Shown: positions 1 to 14,176, numbered from the stretch's first letter. The stretch: 32,000 bases of DNA from Saccharolobus solfataricus (GCF_900079115.1 NZ_LT549890.1:510001-542000), one strand, 5' to 3'. Notes: generated from the letters alone by a model not told the origin. Numbers and translations are program-made.

Positions 1-2
1 TT

Positions 3-443
3 GTAAACAGAGTAGATATAGGTACAATACCAAATATCTTGGATACTATAATATTCATAAATTCTGGAAACGTAAGTAAGGTTTACACTTTAGAAATCAC
101 AGTAAAAGTACCAGCAGGATTGAAGGAAGCTGACCTTGCGAGACCAGTTGTAGAAATAAAAGATCTAGTCACTGGGAATACTGAATATGAGATATATGTA
201 TTCGGTGAACAGACCATGATAGTACCAGTGAATAGAGGAATCACCTTGAATAATATGGAATTTAAAATATCGAAAATTGTTAATAATATAATACCAAAAG
301 CTACAGTAAAGTATGAGGACGGAGAATACGTTATAGTAATACCAAAAGAAGAAATAGGAAAATACAATAGGAAATTGGTACAACGATTAAAGAGACTCGA
401 GAAGAAGAACAATATAAAGATAAAGATTAAACTGTCAGATTAG
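3..443 (+). CDS. 3' part of a hypothetical protein (frame open to the left window edge)
   Basis: Frame 3 has no stop from nt 3 to the TAG at 441-443. The TTG at 39 in the ORF track is only the first possible in-window start. No motif recognised; Lys/Ile-rich tail NNIKIKIKLSD. The stop overlaps the hjc stop on the other strand (TTAG). Confidence 0.45.
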   Translation, partial: VNRVDIGTIPNILDTIIFINSGNVSKVYTLEITVKVPAGLKEADLARPVVEIKDLVTGNTEYEIYVFGEQTMIVPVNRGITLNNMEFKISKIVNNIIPKATVKYEDGEYVIVIPKEEIGKYNRKLVQRLKRLEKKNNIKIKIKLSD

Positions 444-871
444 AGAAAATTATCTAGCGTTCTACTTATTTTTGCCTCTACTAATCTTACCAAATCTTCT
501 AAATCTAACCCTTCAATTTCAGAGTCTGCAACGTAATTTCCGGTTTCAGTTCTTCTTAACTTCTCAAATGGTATGAACTTCAAAACACCGGGCTTTTTGA
601 CTCCTAAAAATAGCGAACCGCCACTCTTTCTTGCAAATTCTATAATACCTTCTGCTTGTTCCCTTCTAACATAAATTTTTCCCTCTATATCCTTTCTACT
701 CTTCATCTCAATTAAAATAATAACGCCATTCTTTAAAGCGATAATATCCGGTATAGGGTCTTTCCTCTTACTACCACTTGCTGGAGCTCTCACAACAGCA
801 AAACCCTTATCCCTTAACCTGCTCACAATATTTCGTTCTACTGCGGAACCTTTCCTCTTTTTAGCGTTCAT
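440..871 (-). CDS. hjc: Holliday junction resolvase Hjc
   Basis: The 143-aa protein starts MNAKKRKGSAVERNIVSRLRDKGFAVVRAPASG and contains ...DIIALKNGVIILIEMKSRK. This is the archaeal Hjc nuclease fold with the E..D...ExK catalytic pattern. From memory it matches the S. solfataricus Hjc sequence. Confidence 0.95.
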   Translation of the reverse strand: MNAKKRKGSAVERNIVSRLRDKGFAVVRAPASGSKRKDPIPDIIALKNGVIILIEMKSRKDIEGKIYVRREQAEGIIEFARKSGGSLFLGVKKPGVLKFIPFEKLRRTETGNYVADSEIEGLDLEDLVRLVEAKISRTLDNFL

Positions 872-903
872 AAGGTATTATATAAATAAAAGTTTGTAGT
901 ATT

Positions 904-2252
<1,349 letters not shown>

Positions 2253-2275
<23 letters not shown>

Positions 2276-3971
2276 GTAATATCACCTGTTTTAATCTTCC
2301 ACCCGGTGGTAACGTAGGTAAGGCCAGCTCTTCCTTATCTACTGGTACTCTAATTACTGCAGGGATGTCTTCCTTTATTGCACTTTTAATCGACTTTTCT
2401 ATTTCCTCGTAAGTCGTTGCATTAAAGCCTAAAGCACCGAATGCTTCAGCCAATTTAACGAAGTCTGGCGAAGGACCATAATCTACACCTACTATTCTCC
2501 TTCCGAAGAATAAATCTTGAACTTGCCTCACTAACCCTAAGGTTCTATTATCAAATATCACCGATATTACTGGAATGTGCTCATCTACAGCCGTGGCCAA
2601 ATTTGTTCCAGTCATTAAGAACGAACCGTCACCATCTAGATCCACTACGATTTTATCAGGCCTAGCCAATTTGGCTCCCATTGCAGCAGGGAGACCAAAA
2701 CCCATTGTACCCATTCCAGATGATGTTAGAAAAGTTCTGGGTTCCAATACTTCCCAAAACACTTCTGCCCACATTTGATGTTGACCTACACCAGTAGTTA
2801 CTATAGCATCTCTTGGTAATGATTGCCTAATTGTTTTCATAATCTTCCAAGGCTTTAATTTTCCGTTCTCCTCAGTGTAGTAAAATTGGGAATAATATTC
2901 CTTGTACTCTTTAACTCTTTTTATCCATGCACTTTTATCTCTTTTTTGGCCCAGTGTTATTATTGCCTTTATTAGCTCCCTTAATATTATCTTAGCGTTA
3001 CCGTAGAGTCCTACATCCACTTTTATGGCCTTTTCTCCATCTGTCGGATCTATATTAACCATTATGAATTTCTTTCTGGTCTCTACCATTTCGTCATATG
3101 ATGTGAATGTCCTATCGCTAAATCTCGCACCTACTACTAGCATTGCATCAGATTCTAGAGCAGCCATTGATGCCTCAGCTCTTCCATAATATCCCATTGG
3201 TCCGAAATATAAGGGATGATCATGCGGTATTGCAGTTTTTCCAGGAAAAGTTGAGACTATTGGAATATGCAATAGTTCTGCTAACTCCAAAACTTCTGGA
3301 GTCGCGTTCGCCCATACTACTCCAGTACCTACCAAAATTATTGGTCTCTCTGCATTGATTAGAATCTCAGCTGCCTTTTTCAGTGCTAAACGATCTATTC
3401 TAGTTGGGAAATCCCTATAACCCTTAACAAGTGGTTTCTCTGGCCATTTTATCTCTTCCATTTTTTCATAGAAAATATCCCTAGGGATGTCAACCACAAC
3501 TGGCCCAGGTCTTCCAGTAGTTGCTATATAAAATGCGTTCTTAATCCACTGGGGTATCTCATCTATCCTCTTAATACCAATAACGTATTTGGTCACATTT
3601 TCGAACACTCCCATAGCATCAGCTTCTTGGAATGCCATCTTACCCATAACGCTTCTAGGCACGTTACCAGTTATTGCAATAACAGGAGAACTATCCCAGT
3701 ATGCAGTAATAAGCCCCGTAGTTAAATTGGTCGTACCTGGACCAGATGTTGCTGTGCATACACCTGGGACTCCAGAAGCTCTTGCGTATCCATCTGCAGC
3801 ATGCGCTGCGGCTTGTTCATGTCTCATTAGAACATGTCTAAGCTCACCATTTGCCAAATCTTCTACGAAAGCATCATATATCTGCATATTCGATAATCCT
3901 GGTATTCCGAATACTACCTTAACTCCTTCTCTCTTTAGAGAATCAACTAAAATGCGTGCGCCTGTTGGCAA
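2253..3971 (-). CDS. ilvB: Acetolactate synthase large subunit (ThDP-dependent)
   Basis: 572 aa. N-terminus GARILVDSLKREGVKVVFGIPG, and ThDP motif DLDGDGSFLM...N. TTG start preceded by GGTGA six nt upstream (SD-like). Confidence 0.93.
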
Positions 3972-4172
3972 TTTATATCACCTTCTTATATATAGAACTC
4001 TCGTATCTAATCCAATTTTTATTTCCTTTATCAAGAAACCCGTTAAAAGTTTTGAAACATGTATTAAATTTGGAGGGAGAACTCACCTATCATCTTTTTC
4101 ACGTCTATGCTTTTATGTATGTATGTTTTTAAACTTTTTCATTATTTTTATTTAGGAATGATAAAGTAGATA

Positions 4173-4179
4173 ATAAAAA
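4173..4179 (-). terminator. Oligo-T tract directly after the HAD phosphatase stop
   Basis: The minus strand reads TAG-TTTTTAT immediately after the stop. Archaeal termination typically uses T-runs. Weak, composition-level evidence. Confidence 0.3.
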
Positions 4180-4680
4180 CTATTCATTATTAACGTGACT
4201 TAATACGCTAAATATTTCACTATACTTGCTGATATCTTTCCACATTTCTAAACACTTTACATTCCCTAGATACAACCAGATATTCCCGAAATGCCCTCTT
4301 CTATCATCTAGGAAAAGGACTTCGCTTGGTTTTATTTTCTGGTTGGCTTTAGTATTAATCTCAACAATTATCTGACTTAACATTAAAAATTTGTAGGGAT
4401 AAGGCTTTGCTACAATTATATCGAAATATTGAAGCAAATCTAGTGCAGCTAAGACTTTAATTGCCTTATCCTCAAAATTCCACGTTGCTAGACCTAGTAT
4501 ATAACCTCTATTTTTTAATTCCTTAAGGGTCTCTTTAACGTCTGGAAATAAATGGAGAACCCTACCTTTAGAATCCTCTAAAGTGTTTGAGTCAATTAGT
4601 CTTAAAGGTTCTTCAAACTCCGATATATTATGATGATCCCATAAGGTTTTATCAGCATCAAATACTATTGCTCTTATCAT
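4180..4680 (-). CDS. HAD-superfamily phosphatase, MDP-1 (magnesium-dependent phosphatase-1)-like
   Basis: The internal ATG at 4680 gives [17 protein letters not shown], which places HAD motif I (DxDxT) at the N-terminus. A later LDD motif is present. The longer TTG start at 4716 only adds a hydrophobic AT-rich leader that overlaps the upstream gene. Confidence 0.7.
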   Translation of the reverse strand: MIRAIVFDADKTLWDHHNISEFEEPLRLIDSNTLEDSKGRVLHLFPDVKETLKELKNRGYILGLATWNFEDKAIKVLAALDLLQYFDIIVAKPYPYKFLMLSQIIVEINTKANQKIKPSEVLFLDDRRGHFGNIWLYLGNVKCLEMWKDISKYSEIFSVLSHVNNE

Positions 4681-5461
4681 CTCTGTATAGACTAGGAGGA
4701 AGAGTATAATAAGCAATTTTACCTTCGTGATAGTCCCTTATTACCGCCCTAGCAGCCATATCGATATTGGGCTCTTTAGTACTCTTGTAGAACCATCCTC
4801 TCCTTATGGCTATCCTTTCTAATAGTTCGTAAGGATTATTAAAATCCACCTTATAAACACTAATCAAACTTTCTTTCGAAAATTCAATAACTCTATTTAT
4901 CAGCATCAAAGCCGGTTTTACAGGATCTTCTAATAAATCCGCGTTATATCCCCTTATTGTTTTTTCTAGCTCATTACCATCTGGGGGTATTACACCTGGC
5001 GTATCCCATGCATATATTTTGTTGTCAATCTTAAACAGTTGAATAGATTTGGTATAACCATATTCCAATGGATGGGCTGACGTTTGAGCTGAATGTCTAC
5101 CCTTAAGAGCATTAATCACTGAAGACTTTCCGGATTTCGGATACCCTACAAACACTACAATCCCTTTATTTCCTTTTAGTAAGGACTTCATTGTATCACG
5201 TAAAATTTTAGTACCTAAATGGGAAGTTGCGGATACATACACGCTTTCAATATTCTCTTCAGTCTTAAAGTAATCCTTCCAAGCTTTGAGAACCCATAAA
5301 GGTACTAAATCTCCTTTATTTAATACTAATAATATATTTTTATAATTTTTTACTATAATATCCTCTATTTTCTTTGACCTGGTTAAAGAAGGTTCTCTAG
5401 CATCCAGTACCTCAACTACAAGATCAGATCTCTTGATCAACTGAATGACTTTTCCCAGCAT
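4658..5461 (-). CDS. Circularly permuted GTPase (YlqF/YawG, ribosome-biogenesis type)
   Basis: G motifs occur in permuted order: G4 LNKGDL, then G1 GYPKSGKSS, then G3 DTPG. Confidence 0.8.
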   Translation of the reverse strand: MLGKVIQLIKRSDLVVEVLDAREPSLTRSKKIEDIIVKNYKNILLVLNKGDLVPLWVLKAWKDYFKTEENIESVYVSATSHLGTKILRDTMKSLLKGNKGIVVFVGYPKSGKSSVINALKGRHSAQTSAHPLEYGYTKSIQLFKIDNKIYAWDTPGVIPPDGNELEKTIRGYNADLLEDPVKPALMLINRVIEFSKESLISVYKVDFNNPYELLERIAIRRGWFYKSTKEPNIDMAARAVIRDYHEGKIAYYTLPPSLYRDDKSNSI

Positions 5462-5495
5462 TCATTTTATTTTCTTGTAATTACTATTTTTATGC

Positions 5496-6473
5496 ATGCC
5501 TAAAGGAGAGTTAGCGATATTTGACGAAGGAGACTTTGAAGGGTCAATAGACTATCAGTCCTTTACGAAATCGATTAAGCTAAGTAACATAAATAAAGAG
5601 GCTAGTTTCTCTATAGATATAGCATCGAAGCCTACTAAGTTTTATCTTATAATCCAAGCTAAACGAGAAAAAACATATTTGCCTAGATGGAGGCTTTGGT
5701 TTGATAATTTCTCTCTTACAAAAGAATTTAAACCAAATCTCGAAACTGAAATAAATGATGCCCAAGTTATCTCAACTATAGTCTATGATATAACTCCTAT
5801 AATCAAAGAAGGGAAACATCAAATAGCAGTATACCATCCATCTATTCAAGTACTTGAGTTACTTAACATAAGTCTGATTTCGTTCTATAGAACAGAAGGT
5901 TTTAGTACTAAATATCGACTGAGTGCCGGATCACTAATTTTCAATAGAAATGATTCAGTTTCTTTTCACTTAATGAAAAAGTCGTATTTTGTGATAAGAA
6001 ATGAGAGTAAGGAAGGAATGGTAAAAATAAGTGATATAGACGGGAAAACAATATACACAATATTACCTAGCTCTGATAGTGATGAGATAGAAATTGAAAA
6101 CAATGATGCGATAACGACTACGCTTCAATCAAATAATGAAAAAGACTATGGAGTTATTTTAGCTTCGTATAACTTACTTGAAAAAGCTCCTAAAATAAAT
6201 TTTAGCGTAGACAGTAAGGTGAGTGATAACATAATTTACCTATACTTGAAAAATGAGAGCGAGATAAGTTTAGATAAACTACTAATAAACGTTATGATAA
6301 ATGGTGTTCCGGCCCATTTTAAAACATTTACCAATATAGATGTTTCCTCGACTATAGACCTAAAATTGCCCATATCCGTACCACAAAGTAAGAAAGCTCC
6401 AATAATCAACGTAAGAGTAGTTGGGGTAAAGGGAGGATATAGAAAGATAATAGATAAACAGATTAGCCTTTAA
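5496..6473 (+). CDS. Hypothetical protein, 325 aa, no recognisable domain
   Basis: Long uninterrupted ORF in an AT-rich background with plausible codon usage. No signal peptide, TM segment or catalytic motif seen. Looks beta-rich. Confidence 0.6.
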   Translation: MPKGELAIFDEGDFEGSIDYQSFTKSIKLSNINKEASFSIDIASKPTKFYLIIQAKREKTYLPRWRLWFDNFSLTKEFKPNLETEINDAQVISTIVYDITPIIKEGKHQIAVYHPSIQVLELLNISLISFYRTEGFSTKYRLSAGSLIFNRNDSVSFHLMKKSYFVIRNESKEGMVKISDIDGKTIYTILPSSDSDEIEIENNDAITTTLQSNNEKDYGVILASYNLLEKAPKINFSVDSKVSDNIIYLYLKNESEISLDKLLINVMINGVPAHFKTFTNIDVSSTIDLKLPISVPQSKKAPIINVRVVGVKGGYRKIIDKQISL

Positions 6474-7311
6474 AGAATGGAAGACTCCCTAGTAAAAACG
6501 CGATTATTCCTGAAATTGCTGATATTTTTAGATATGTTCTAGCTTTAGAGGCTCCTTCTATTGTCTCCTTTTGAATTATGGAAAGAATAGTGAAAGGAAT
6601 AAAAACAAGTATTAGAAGTATAAGGTAAATTAAATTAAAACCTATAAAGAATGGTAAAGGTGATATTATTAATAGAAGTACAAGTAGAATTTTTGCTATT
6701 CTCCAAGATTTATTTATCCCAAGGGTTGTGGCTAACGTTTTCACGTTATTAAGTGAATCCCCATTATAGTCTTCAATACCCTTTACTATCTCTCTTATTA
6801 AGGTGAGAAAGAATGCATAGAGTGTGGGAATTATTATCCTTAAAAGCCAGTTATCGGAGAAAAAAGCTAGGCCACCGTAAAATATCGAAAGAGCAGTGGT
6901 TGTTGCTACTAATAAATTACCGTAAAAGCCAGTTTTCTTTAGATCTTTGGCGTAATATATCAAGCCAATTGCGGTTACTAGCGCTATTACTAAAGCGTAA
7001 ATATTTAATAGAATCGAAAGTGCTATACCAATTATAAATAGAGCTATTGATAGTGCTTTTGCTTTATTTACTGATATTTTGCCTGATGGGATAGGTCTGT
7101 ATGGTTTATTTATTTTATCTATTTCTACATCATATACGTCATTTATAACGTATCCTCCGGCTGCAATAAGGCCAACTACCAGTGCGGATAGTAAAATTCC
7201 TTTGAGTTCGAGATACCATTGCGACGAAACCAAAAAGCCCATAATTGCCCCTAGCGCTGCCCCTATAACATTATGTATTCTAACAAGTTGCATATAGGAT
7301 TTTAAACTCAC
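6463..7311 (-). CDS. UbiA-family prenyltransferase, probably digeranylgeranylglyceryl phosphate (DGGGP) synthase
   Basis: 282 aa and polytopic. It carries the Asp-rich motif [21 protein letters not shown] and a second motif region IEDYNGD. A UbiA homologue at this locus in S. solfataricus has, as I recall, been shown to be DGGGP synthase. Start is either GTG 7311 or ATG 7293 (MQLVRIHN). Confidence 0.8.
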   Translation of the reverse strand: MSLKSYMQLVRIHNVIGAALGAIMGFLVSSQWYLELKGILLSALVVGLIAAGGYVINDVYDVEIDKINKPYRPIPSGKISVNKAKALSIALFIIGIALSILLNIYALVIALVTAIGLIYYAKDLKKTGFYGNLLVATTTALSIFYGGLAFFSDNWLLRIIIPTLYAFFLTLIREIVKGIEDYNGDSLNNVKTLATTLGINKSWRIAKILLVLLLIISPLPFFIGFNLIYLILLILVFIPFTILSIIQKETIEGASKARTYLKISAISGIIAFLLGSLPFFKG

Positions 7312-7322
7312 GATAACGTTAA

Positions 7323-8440
<1,118 letters not shown>

Positions 8441-8456
<16 letters not shown>

Positions 8457-8815
8457 CTATCAGCCTCATTTATAGTATATCTCTTAGCCCCTAATTTTTC
8501 AACTATATACCTAAATGCATTTAGGGGGCTAGTATGTGGACCACAAGAGTATACATCGACTGTTGCGAATCTATACTCCGGCCATGTATGTATAGTTATA
8601 TGACTTTCTAATATAATCGCCACTACGCTTACTCCCTCCCCAATTTTCCATGACTTTATATCAAGAATGTTCATATTGCCTATATCTGCAGCCTCCTTTA
8701 TTATTTGCTCCAACCTCTTAGTATCTTTTAAAACGTCCTCATCACACTCATATAAGCTTCCATATACTTGCTTTCCTACTACTTTAGGAAAAGCTAACTC
8801 TACCCCCATCATCAA
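8441..8815 (-). CDS. speH: S-adenosylmethionine decarboxylase proenzyme (pyruvoyl-dependent, SpeH type)
   Basis: About 124 aa with the self-cleavage and active-site region [25 protein letters not shown] are clustered at the start (8815, 8812, 8809). Confidence 0.9.
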
Positions 8816-8926
8816 CCCCCCACTTAAACCCCTCTACTTTATTATTTATAAATTTATTTCTGCCTGATCACGGTTAAAAGTAAGTTTTTAATGCTAATTG
8901 ATAAATACTAATGTATCTGATGAGCA

Positions 8927-9214
8927 GTGGCAATTAGAAGACTTGTTTTAGACGTTCTGAAGCCTATTAGGGGAACATCGATAGTTGACTTAGCTGAGAG
9001 AATCTCAAAATTGGATGGTGTCGAAGGCGTAAACATAAGTGTCACTGATATGGACGTTGAAACTATGGGATTAATGATAATAATTGAAGGAACCAGTCTC
9101 AATTTTGATGATATAAGAAAAATGCTAGAAGAAGAGGGATGTGCAATCCATAGCATTGATGAAGTAGTAAGTGGTAATAGAATAATTGAGGGAAAGATAA
9201 AGGATGATTTGTGA
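8927..9214 (+). CDS. DUF211-family protein
   Basis: 95 aa. [43 protein letters not shown]...IEG...[13 protein letters not shown] matches my recollection of the archaeal DUF211 signature. GTG start. Overlaps the next gene by 11 nt. Confidence 0.7.
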   Translation: MAIRRLVLDVLKPIRGTSIVDLAERISKLDGVEGVNISVTDMDVETMGLMIIIEGTSLNFDDIRKMLEEEGCAIHSIDEVVSGNRIIEGKIKDDL

Positions 9215-10175
9215 TAATTGTAAGACGCGAGAAGCGGTAATTCTACAACCACATACTGGAAGAAAATTATGTAAAGAATGTTTTATAGAAGACATTAGAA
9301 AAAGGGTTGAAATGGAGGCTAGAAAGCAGGAGATAGTAAATTCCAATAAAATACTTTTAGCGGTCTCAGGCGGAAAGGATAGCTTAGTATTAGCTGATAC
9401 CTTGTCTCAATTTATACATCCATCTAGACTAATAGCATTCAATATAAATGAGGGTATAAAGGGATACAATAGAAATGAATACGTGAAGAAGCTAGAAGAG
9501 TATCTGAAAGATCTAGGGATTGAACTAATAAAAAGTGGATTTAAAGAGGAAGTTGGATTTTCTTTAGATGAGATGCTAGAAGCTTCGTTAAAGAAAAAGC
9601 TTAATGTATCCGCTTGTACATTTTGTGGAGGATTCAGAAGGAAGTTAATTAATGAAGCTGGAATTAAAGTAGCCGCAGATTACGTGGCAACTGGACATAA
9701 TTTAGACGATGAGGTACAAACTATAGTTATAAATTTGATAAGAGGTGACTTGTTAAGACTAATAAGGTTCGGGGATAAGCCATTAATGGTAAGTAGTAAG
9801 TTCGTAATGAGAGTTAAACCGTTGAGAAAAATCTATGAATGGGAGACAACGATGTATGCACATCTCAAAGGCTTCGAGTTTCAAGAAACCGAATGCCCAT
9901 ATATTTCTCAAAAGCCAACTCTAAGGGCTAAGGTAAGGGACCTATTGTACAAACTAGAGGAGAAGAAACCAGGGACATTACTTAGAATACTAGAACAGTT
10001 TGATGAGATTTCAGAGAAAATCAAAAAAGAGTATAGACTCACTAACGAATTACCTAATTGTGTAATTTGTGGAGAGCCCACCACACCAGGGAGAATGATA
10101 TGTAAGAATTGTGAATTACTAATTAGATCTGGGTTAATGCCTCAAGAATATCAAAAATACTTACCTATATCGTAG
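9204..10175 (+). CDS. PP-loop ATPase, TtuA/Ncs6(NcsA)-family tRNA 2-thiolation enzyme
   Basis: SGGKDS PP-loop. N-terminal CDNC...CKEC and C-terminal CVIC...CKNC zinc fingers. CTFCGGFRR plus a later ECPY cysteine fit the Fe-S ligands of TtuA. GHNLDDE motif present. Confidence 0.85.
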   Translation: MICDNCKTREAVILQPHTGRKLCKECFIEDIRKRVEMEARKQEIVNSNKILLAVSGGKDSLVLADTLSQFIHPSRLIAFNINEGIKGYNRNEYVKKLEEYLKDLGIELIKSGFKEEVGFSLDEMLEASLKKKLNVSACTFCGGFRRKLINEAGIKVAADYVATGHNLDDEVQTIVINLIRGDLLRLIRFGDKPLMVSSKFVMRVKPLRKIYEWETTMYAHLKGFEFQETECPYISQKPTLRAKVRDLLYKLEEKKPGTLLRILEQFDEISEKIKKEYRLTNELPNCVICGEPTTPGRMICKNCELLIRSGLMPQEYQKYLPIS

Positions 10176-10675
10176 ATTCTCTCCTTTACGTTTTTCCTCT
10201 TATTTGCTACTATAGCCATTGAGAATAATAAAGAAGATAATCTGTTCAGATAAACTATTATCCATTTGTTGAAATTCAATTCCTTAGAGTAAGCTACCGC
10301 ATTTCTTTCAACCCTTCTAGCAATACTCCTTACTACATGTAAATACGAAGCTTGCTCGGAACCACCTGGTATTACGAATAGCTTTACGGGACCACTTTCT
10401 TTCCTATATTCAACAGTTCTACTTTCTAGCCACTTTATAGTTTCCTCATTTATTCTACCCTTATCTTGAATAATTTCCTCACCTAATATAAATAACTCAG
10501 TTTGAACACGCATAAGATCGCTTTGCATATCTTCCCATTCAATTTTTGTTAAGGCTAACCCTATGAAGGAGTTAAGCTCATCTATATCTCCCAATAAGTT
10601 TACTACCGGAGAATCTTTTCCTACTCTTTTAGATATTACATTGGTATTTCCATCGTCTCCAGTTCTGGTGAACAT
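10151..10675 (-). CDS. ATP:cob(I)alamin adenosyltransferase, PduO type
   Basis: N-terminal [13 protein letters not shown] (TGDxGxT signature), helical-bundle length of 174 aa, and a conserved RSIARRVER region. Confidence 0.85.
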   Translation of the reverse strand: MFTRTGDDGNTNVISKRVGKDSPVVNLLGDIDELNSFIGLALTKIEWEDMQSDLMRVQTELFILGEEIIQDKGRINEETIKWLESRTVEYRKESGPVKLFVIPGGSEQASYLHVVRSIARRVERNAVAYSKELNFNKWIIVYLNRLSSLLFSMAIVANKRKNVKERIYDIGKYF

Positions 10676-10757
10676 TAGTTAATATTTAAAAAAGACCTAG
10701 CTATATCATTTTTGGTGAAGTAAAATAAGCTCACAGTATAGGGACTTTATTGACTTT

Positions 10758-13592
10758 TTGAATAACATTGCCTATAAGTGGCAGACGAGATGGGAGGAAG
10801 ATAAAATTTACGAGTCTAATCCGAATCCCAGCAAACCTAAATTTTTCACTACAGTTGCATTTCCTTATCCTAATAGCCCTTGGCATATAGGGCATGGAAG
10901 AACATACGTTACTGGAGATATTTTAGCTAGATATAAACGAATGAGAGGGTATAACGTACTATTCCCCATGGCATTTCACTACACTGGAACGCCTATAATG
11001 GCAATGGCTGACGCAATTGCAAAAGGTGATAAAGAGCTCATAGAGACCTTTAAGGATATTTATGAAATATCACCGGACGTAATCCCTAGAATGTCTGATC
11101 CATTATTCATGGCGAATTATTTTAAAGAGGATATAAAGGCTTCAATGAGAGAGATAGGTTTAGGGATAGATTGGAGAAGGGAATTTACTACAATTGATCC
11201 TGAATTTTCATCATTTGTAACATGGCAGTTTCATAAATTACAGAGCAAGGGATATATAGTGAAAGATACTCACCCTGTAGGATGGTGCCCAGTTCATCAT
11301 ATACCAGTTGGTATGCACGATACTAAAGGAGATGTAGAACCAGAAATAGGCGAATTTGTATTAATATATTTCAATTCAGAAAAGGGTATATTTCCAGCAG
11401 CTACGCTCAGGCCAGAGACGATATTTGGTGCTACAGCATTATGGATAAACCCCTCTGAGATGTATGTAGTTGCTAGTATGTTAGGTAAAAAGATGATATT
11501 AAGCGAAAAAGCCGCTGCTAAATTGTCTTTTCAAATAGATGATATAGAAATAGAGGAGAAGATTAAGGGATCTAAACTAGTTGGGCTTAAGGTAGAAAAT
11601 CCAATAACCGGAAAGCATATAGCAGTATTAGGAGCAGACTTCGTTGATGTTAGTTTAGGGACTGGCGTTGTTATGAGTGTACCAGCTCACGCTCCCTTTG
11701 ACTATTATTATTCTAAGAAGACATTTAAGAATAACAATATTGAGATTATACCAGTAATTACAGTAGAAGGTTTAGGAAACGCACTGGCTAAAGACGTTGT
11801 CGAGAAGAACAACCCAAAGAGTGATGAGGATTTAAAAAAATTAACAGAATACGTCTACAGAACAGAATACAATAAGGGTGTGTTGAGGAGTGATCTTGGA
11901 AACTTAATTAGGGAAGAGTATAGAAATGAATTAAAGAGTTTAGGTGGACTTCCAGTTCCTAAGGGTAGAGAACTAATAACTAACTTCTTAATTTCTAAAG
12001 GCTTGGGTAGAAAAATATTTGAAGTGATGAATAAACCGGTCTATTGTAGGTGTGGCACAGAAATTGTAGTCAAGATACTTAAAGACCAATGGTTCTTGGA
12101 TTATTCAAATAAAGAATGGAAAGAACTCGCGAGGAAATCTTTATCTAAAATTAATGTAATTCCAGAGGAATCCAGAAAGGATTTTGAATTCACTATAGAA
12201 TGGTTGGAGAAAAGAGCTTGTGCTAGAACTAGAGGATTAGGTACTCCACTACCTTGGGATAAAAAATGGATAATAGAAAGCTTAAGTGATTCTACGATCT
12301 ATATGGCGTATTATACTATTTCTCACAAAATTAAACAATATAAACTATCACCTTCCAAACTAACTCAAGAATTTTGGGATTACGTAATGCTGGGCATAGG
12401 TAATTTAGAAGAGATAAGCGAAAAAACTGGTATCCCCTCCAATATCATAAAAGAATTTAGAGAAGAATTCCTATATTGGTATCCTTTAGATATTAGACAT
12501 AGCGGAAAGGACTTGATTCCAAATCATTTGACTTTCTTTATCTTTAATCACGCAGCGATCTTCCAGGAGAACTTATGGCCAAAAGCAATTGCTGTAAATG
12601 GTTTAGTCTTATATGAAGGAAAGAAGATGAGCAAGTCACTTAGGAACATTATACCGTTAAGAAAAGGTCTAAAAATGTATGGGGTTGACGTAATGCGAAT
12701 TGCCGTTTCGTCTACAGCTGATATGGGATCAGATGTGAACTTCTCTGAATCTTTAGTAAAAACCGTAGGAGAAACCTTAAGAAAAATGTATGAACTTTTC
12801 AAGAGCTTAGATAATTATACTGGAGATATCTTGGGATTCCCAGAGAAATGGTTATTATCAAGAATATATGAGATCACAAGTAGTACAACCAGACATATGG
12901 AAGCGTTAGAACTGAGGGATGCAGTCAACGAGTTACTATTTGTATTCTCTTCAGATTTGGATGAGTATTTCGGCATGGTAAGTGCTGAGGGAAGAGAGGC
13001 GAATAATAAAGTTTTACGGGAAGTTTTAACAATATGGCTTAAGCTTATTACACCATTTGCTCCGCATTTAGCTGAGGAAATATGGCACGAAATCTTAAAA
13101 CAAAAAACGTATATAGTAAATGAAGGTTGGCCAGAGGTTGAAGGTTCAAAGATGGACGAACTAACGCTATTGGAACATGAATACATGAAGAGAATTGTTG
13201 AAGATATAAGGTCAATCCTAAACATTTTTAAGGGAACACCGAAACTCATTAAAATTTACGCTTTGAACGATTCTAGATATATGGAATTGCTTAGGGATGC
13301 TATAGTAGCTAATGGACAAATGAAAAAGTTTATGGACATTCATAAACCTAAGAGTAGAGAAGATGCTAGAATTTTACAGAAAATCTTTAATGAATCCTTA
13401 GAAATTGACGATAAGATGAAGAAATTAGTTACAAACTATAATATTAATGAGGTAGATGTACTCAATAAATTATCAAAATATATTAGGAGAAAGTTAAATG
13501 TAGACATTCTTATAGAGCCTTATGATGAAGAAGTCAAAAAGACATATAATAAAGAAGCCATGCCCTTAAGACCTGCTATAATAATTGAGTAA
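10758..13592 (+). CDS. leuS: Leucyl-tRNA synthetase
   Basis: 944 aa. HIGH motif ([10 protein letters not shown]), KMSKS motif, CP1 editing motifs TLRPETIFG and [19 protein letters not shown] start. Confidence 0.95.
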   Translation: MNNIAYKWQTRWEEDKIYESNPNPSKPKFFTTVAFPYPNSPWHIGHGRTYVTGDILARYKRMRGYNVLFPMAFHYTGTPIMAMADAIAKGDKELIETFKDIYEISPDVIPRMSDPLFMANYFKEDIKASMREIGLGIDWRREFTTIDPEFSSFVTWQFHKLQSKGYIVKDTHPVGWCPVHHIPVGMHDTKGDVEPEIGEFVLIYFNSEKGIFPAATLRPETIFGATALWINPSEMYVVASMLGKKMILSEKAAAKLSFQIDDIEIEEKIKGSKLVGLKVENPITGKHIAVLGADFVDVSLGTGVVMSVPAHAPFDYYYSKKTFKNNNIEIIPVITVEGLGNALAKDVVEKNNPKSDEDLKKLTEYVYRTEYNKGVLRSDLGNLIREEYRNELKSLGGLPVPKGRELITNFLISKGLGRKIFEVMNKPVYCRCGTEIVVKILKDQWFLDYSNKEWKELARKSLSKINVIPEESRKDFEFTIEWLEKRACARTRGLGTPLPWDKKWIIESLSDSTIYMAYYTISHKIKQYKLSPSKLTQEFWDYVMLGIGNLEEISEKTGIPSNIIKEFREEFLYWYPLDIRHSGKDLIPNHLTFFIFNHAAIFQENLWPKAIAVNGLVLYEGKKMSKSLRNIIPLRKGLKMYGVDVMRIAVSSTADMGSDVNFSESLVKTVGETLRKMYELFKSLDNYTGDILGFPEKWLLSRIYEITSSTTRHMEALELRDAVNELLFVFSSDLDEYFGMVSAEGREANNKVLREVLTIWLKLITPFAPHLAEEIWHEILKQKTYIVNEGWPEVEGSKMDELTLLEHEYMKRIVEDIRSILNIFKGTPKLIKIYALNDSRYMELLRDAIVANGQMKKFMDIHKPKSREDARILQKIFNESLEIDDKMKKLVTNYNINEVDVLNKLSKYIRRKLNVDILIEPYDEEVKKTYNKEAMPLRPAIIIE

Positions 13593-14175
13593 GAATAACT
13601 TTTCGATCTTTAACTTCTATTATACCTAACTCTTTAAGAAATGCTAGTTCAACTCTAACATTATCTCTATTTGTCTCATATTTTTTTGAAATTATATTTA
13701 CTAAATCTCTAATCTCAACTTCTCCTCCATATTCTCTTAAAAAATTAATAATATCTTCATGTATAGGTCTTAGTTTCCTATCGATAACTTTTCCATTAAT
13801 TACACTAAATATAAACAGATCCCCAGCATTATTTTGAGCCTTATATAAATTTGTAGAAATCTTATCTATCCTTAAAATATCGTCAAAATCCTTATTTATT
13901 TTTACAAAACTTGTTACTAGATTGTATCTTATTGGTAGATCAGAGGCTTCCTCAGCTTCAAAAACTATCACGTATGATCCTTCTACACACCGCTGGTCTA
14001 TCTCTCTTATAGATAATTTTAAGAATTTTTCATAATTAATTATACATACACTAATATTTTCCTTATACAATCTTTGTGTAATATTATAAATTAAAACAAT
14101 TTTAGCGTTAATATGATACGACTGCAAAAGTATTTTTCTATTTCTCAAGGACATTAGATAATCTAACAAATTCAC
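13576..14175 (-). CDS. Hypothetical protein with C-terminal winged-helix-like region
   Basis: 199-aa ORF. The C-terminus [47 protein letters not shown] looks like a wHTH. Start is GTG 14175 or ATG 14154. The 3' end overlaps leuS by 17 nt. Confidence 0.5.
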
Positions 14176-14176
14176 G

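Noticed and set aside
3589-4155. 188-aa plus-strand ORF antisense to the 5' part of ilvB and running into the ilvB upstream spacer
   Set aside because: It lies almost entirely inside a strongly supported ThDP-enzyme gene. Its product is low-complexity (Ala/Ser/Pro/Thr then Phe/Ile-rich) with no motif. This is typical of a shadow ORF on the antisense strand of a codon-biased gene.
3972-4179. Possible leader peptide or attenuator upstream of ilvB (minus-strand mini-ORF ATG ATA GGT GAG TTC TCC CTC CAA ATT TAA) and an (ATGT)3 microrepeat at about 4114-4126
   Set aside because: The 9-codon ORF is not enriched for Ile/Leu/Val codons, has no SD and no obvious alternative hairpins. The microrepeat has only three units. 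The spacer also has to hold the HAD-gene terminator and the ilvB promoter. There is not enough evidence for a regulatory leader.
4681-4716. Longer TTG start for the HAD phosphatase (4716), and likewise the longer ATG start for the zinc-ribbon ORF (24770)
   Set aside because: The extensions add only hydrophobic residues from AT-rich DNA. They would displace the N-terminal DxDxT motif and the CPxCG ribbon from their usual positions. The internal ATGs have TATA-like boxes at about -25.
12548-13249. Minus-strand ORFs of 84 and 144 aa inside leuS
   Set aside because: They are antisense shadow ORFs within a gene whose identity is unambiguous. Their products are Ser/Phe/Ile-rich and low-complexity, with no start context or promoter.
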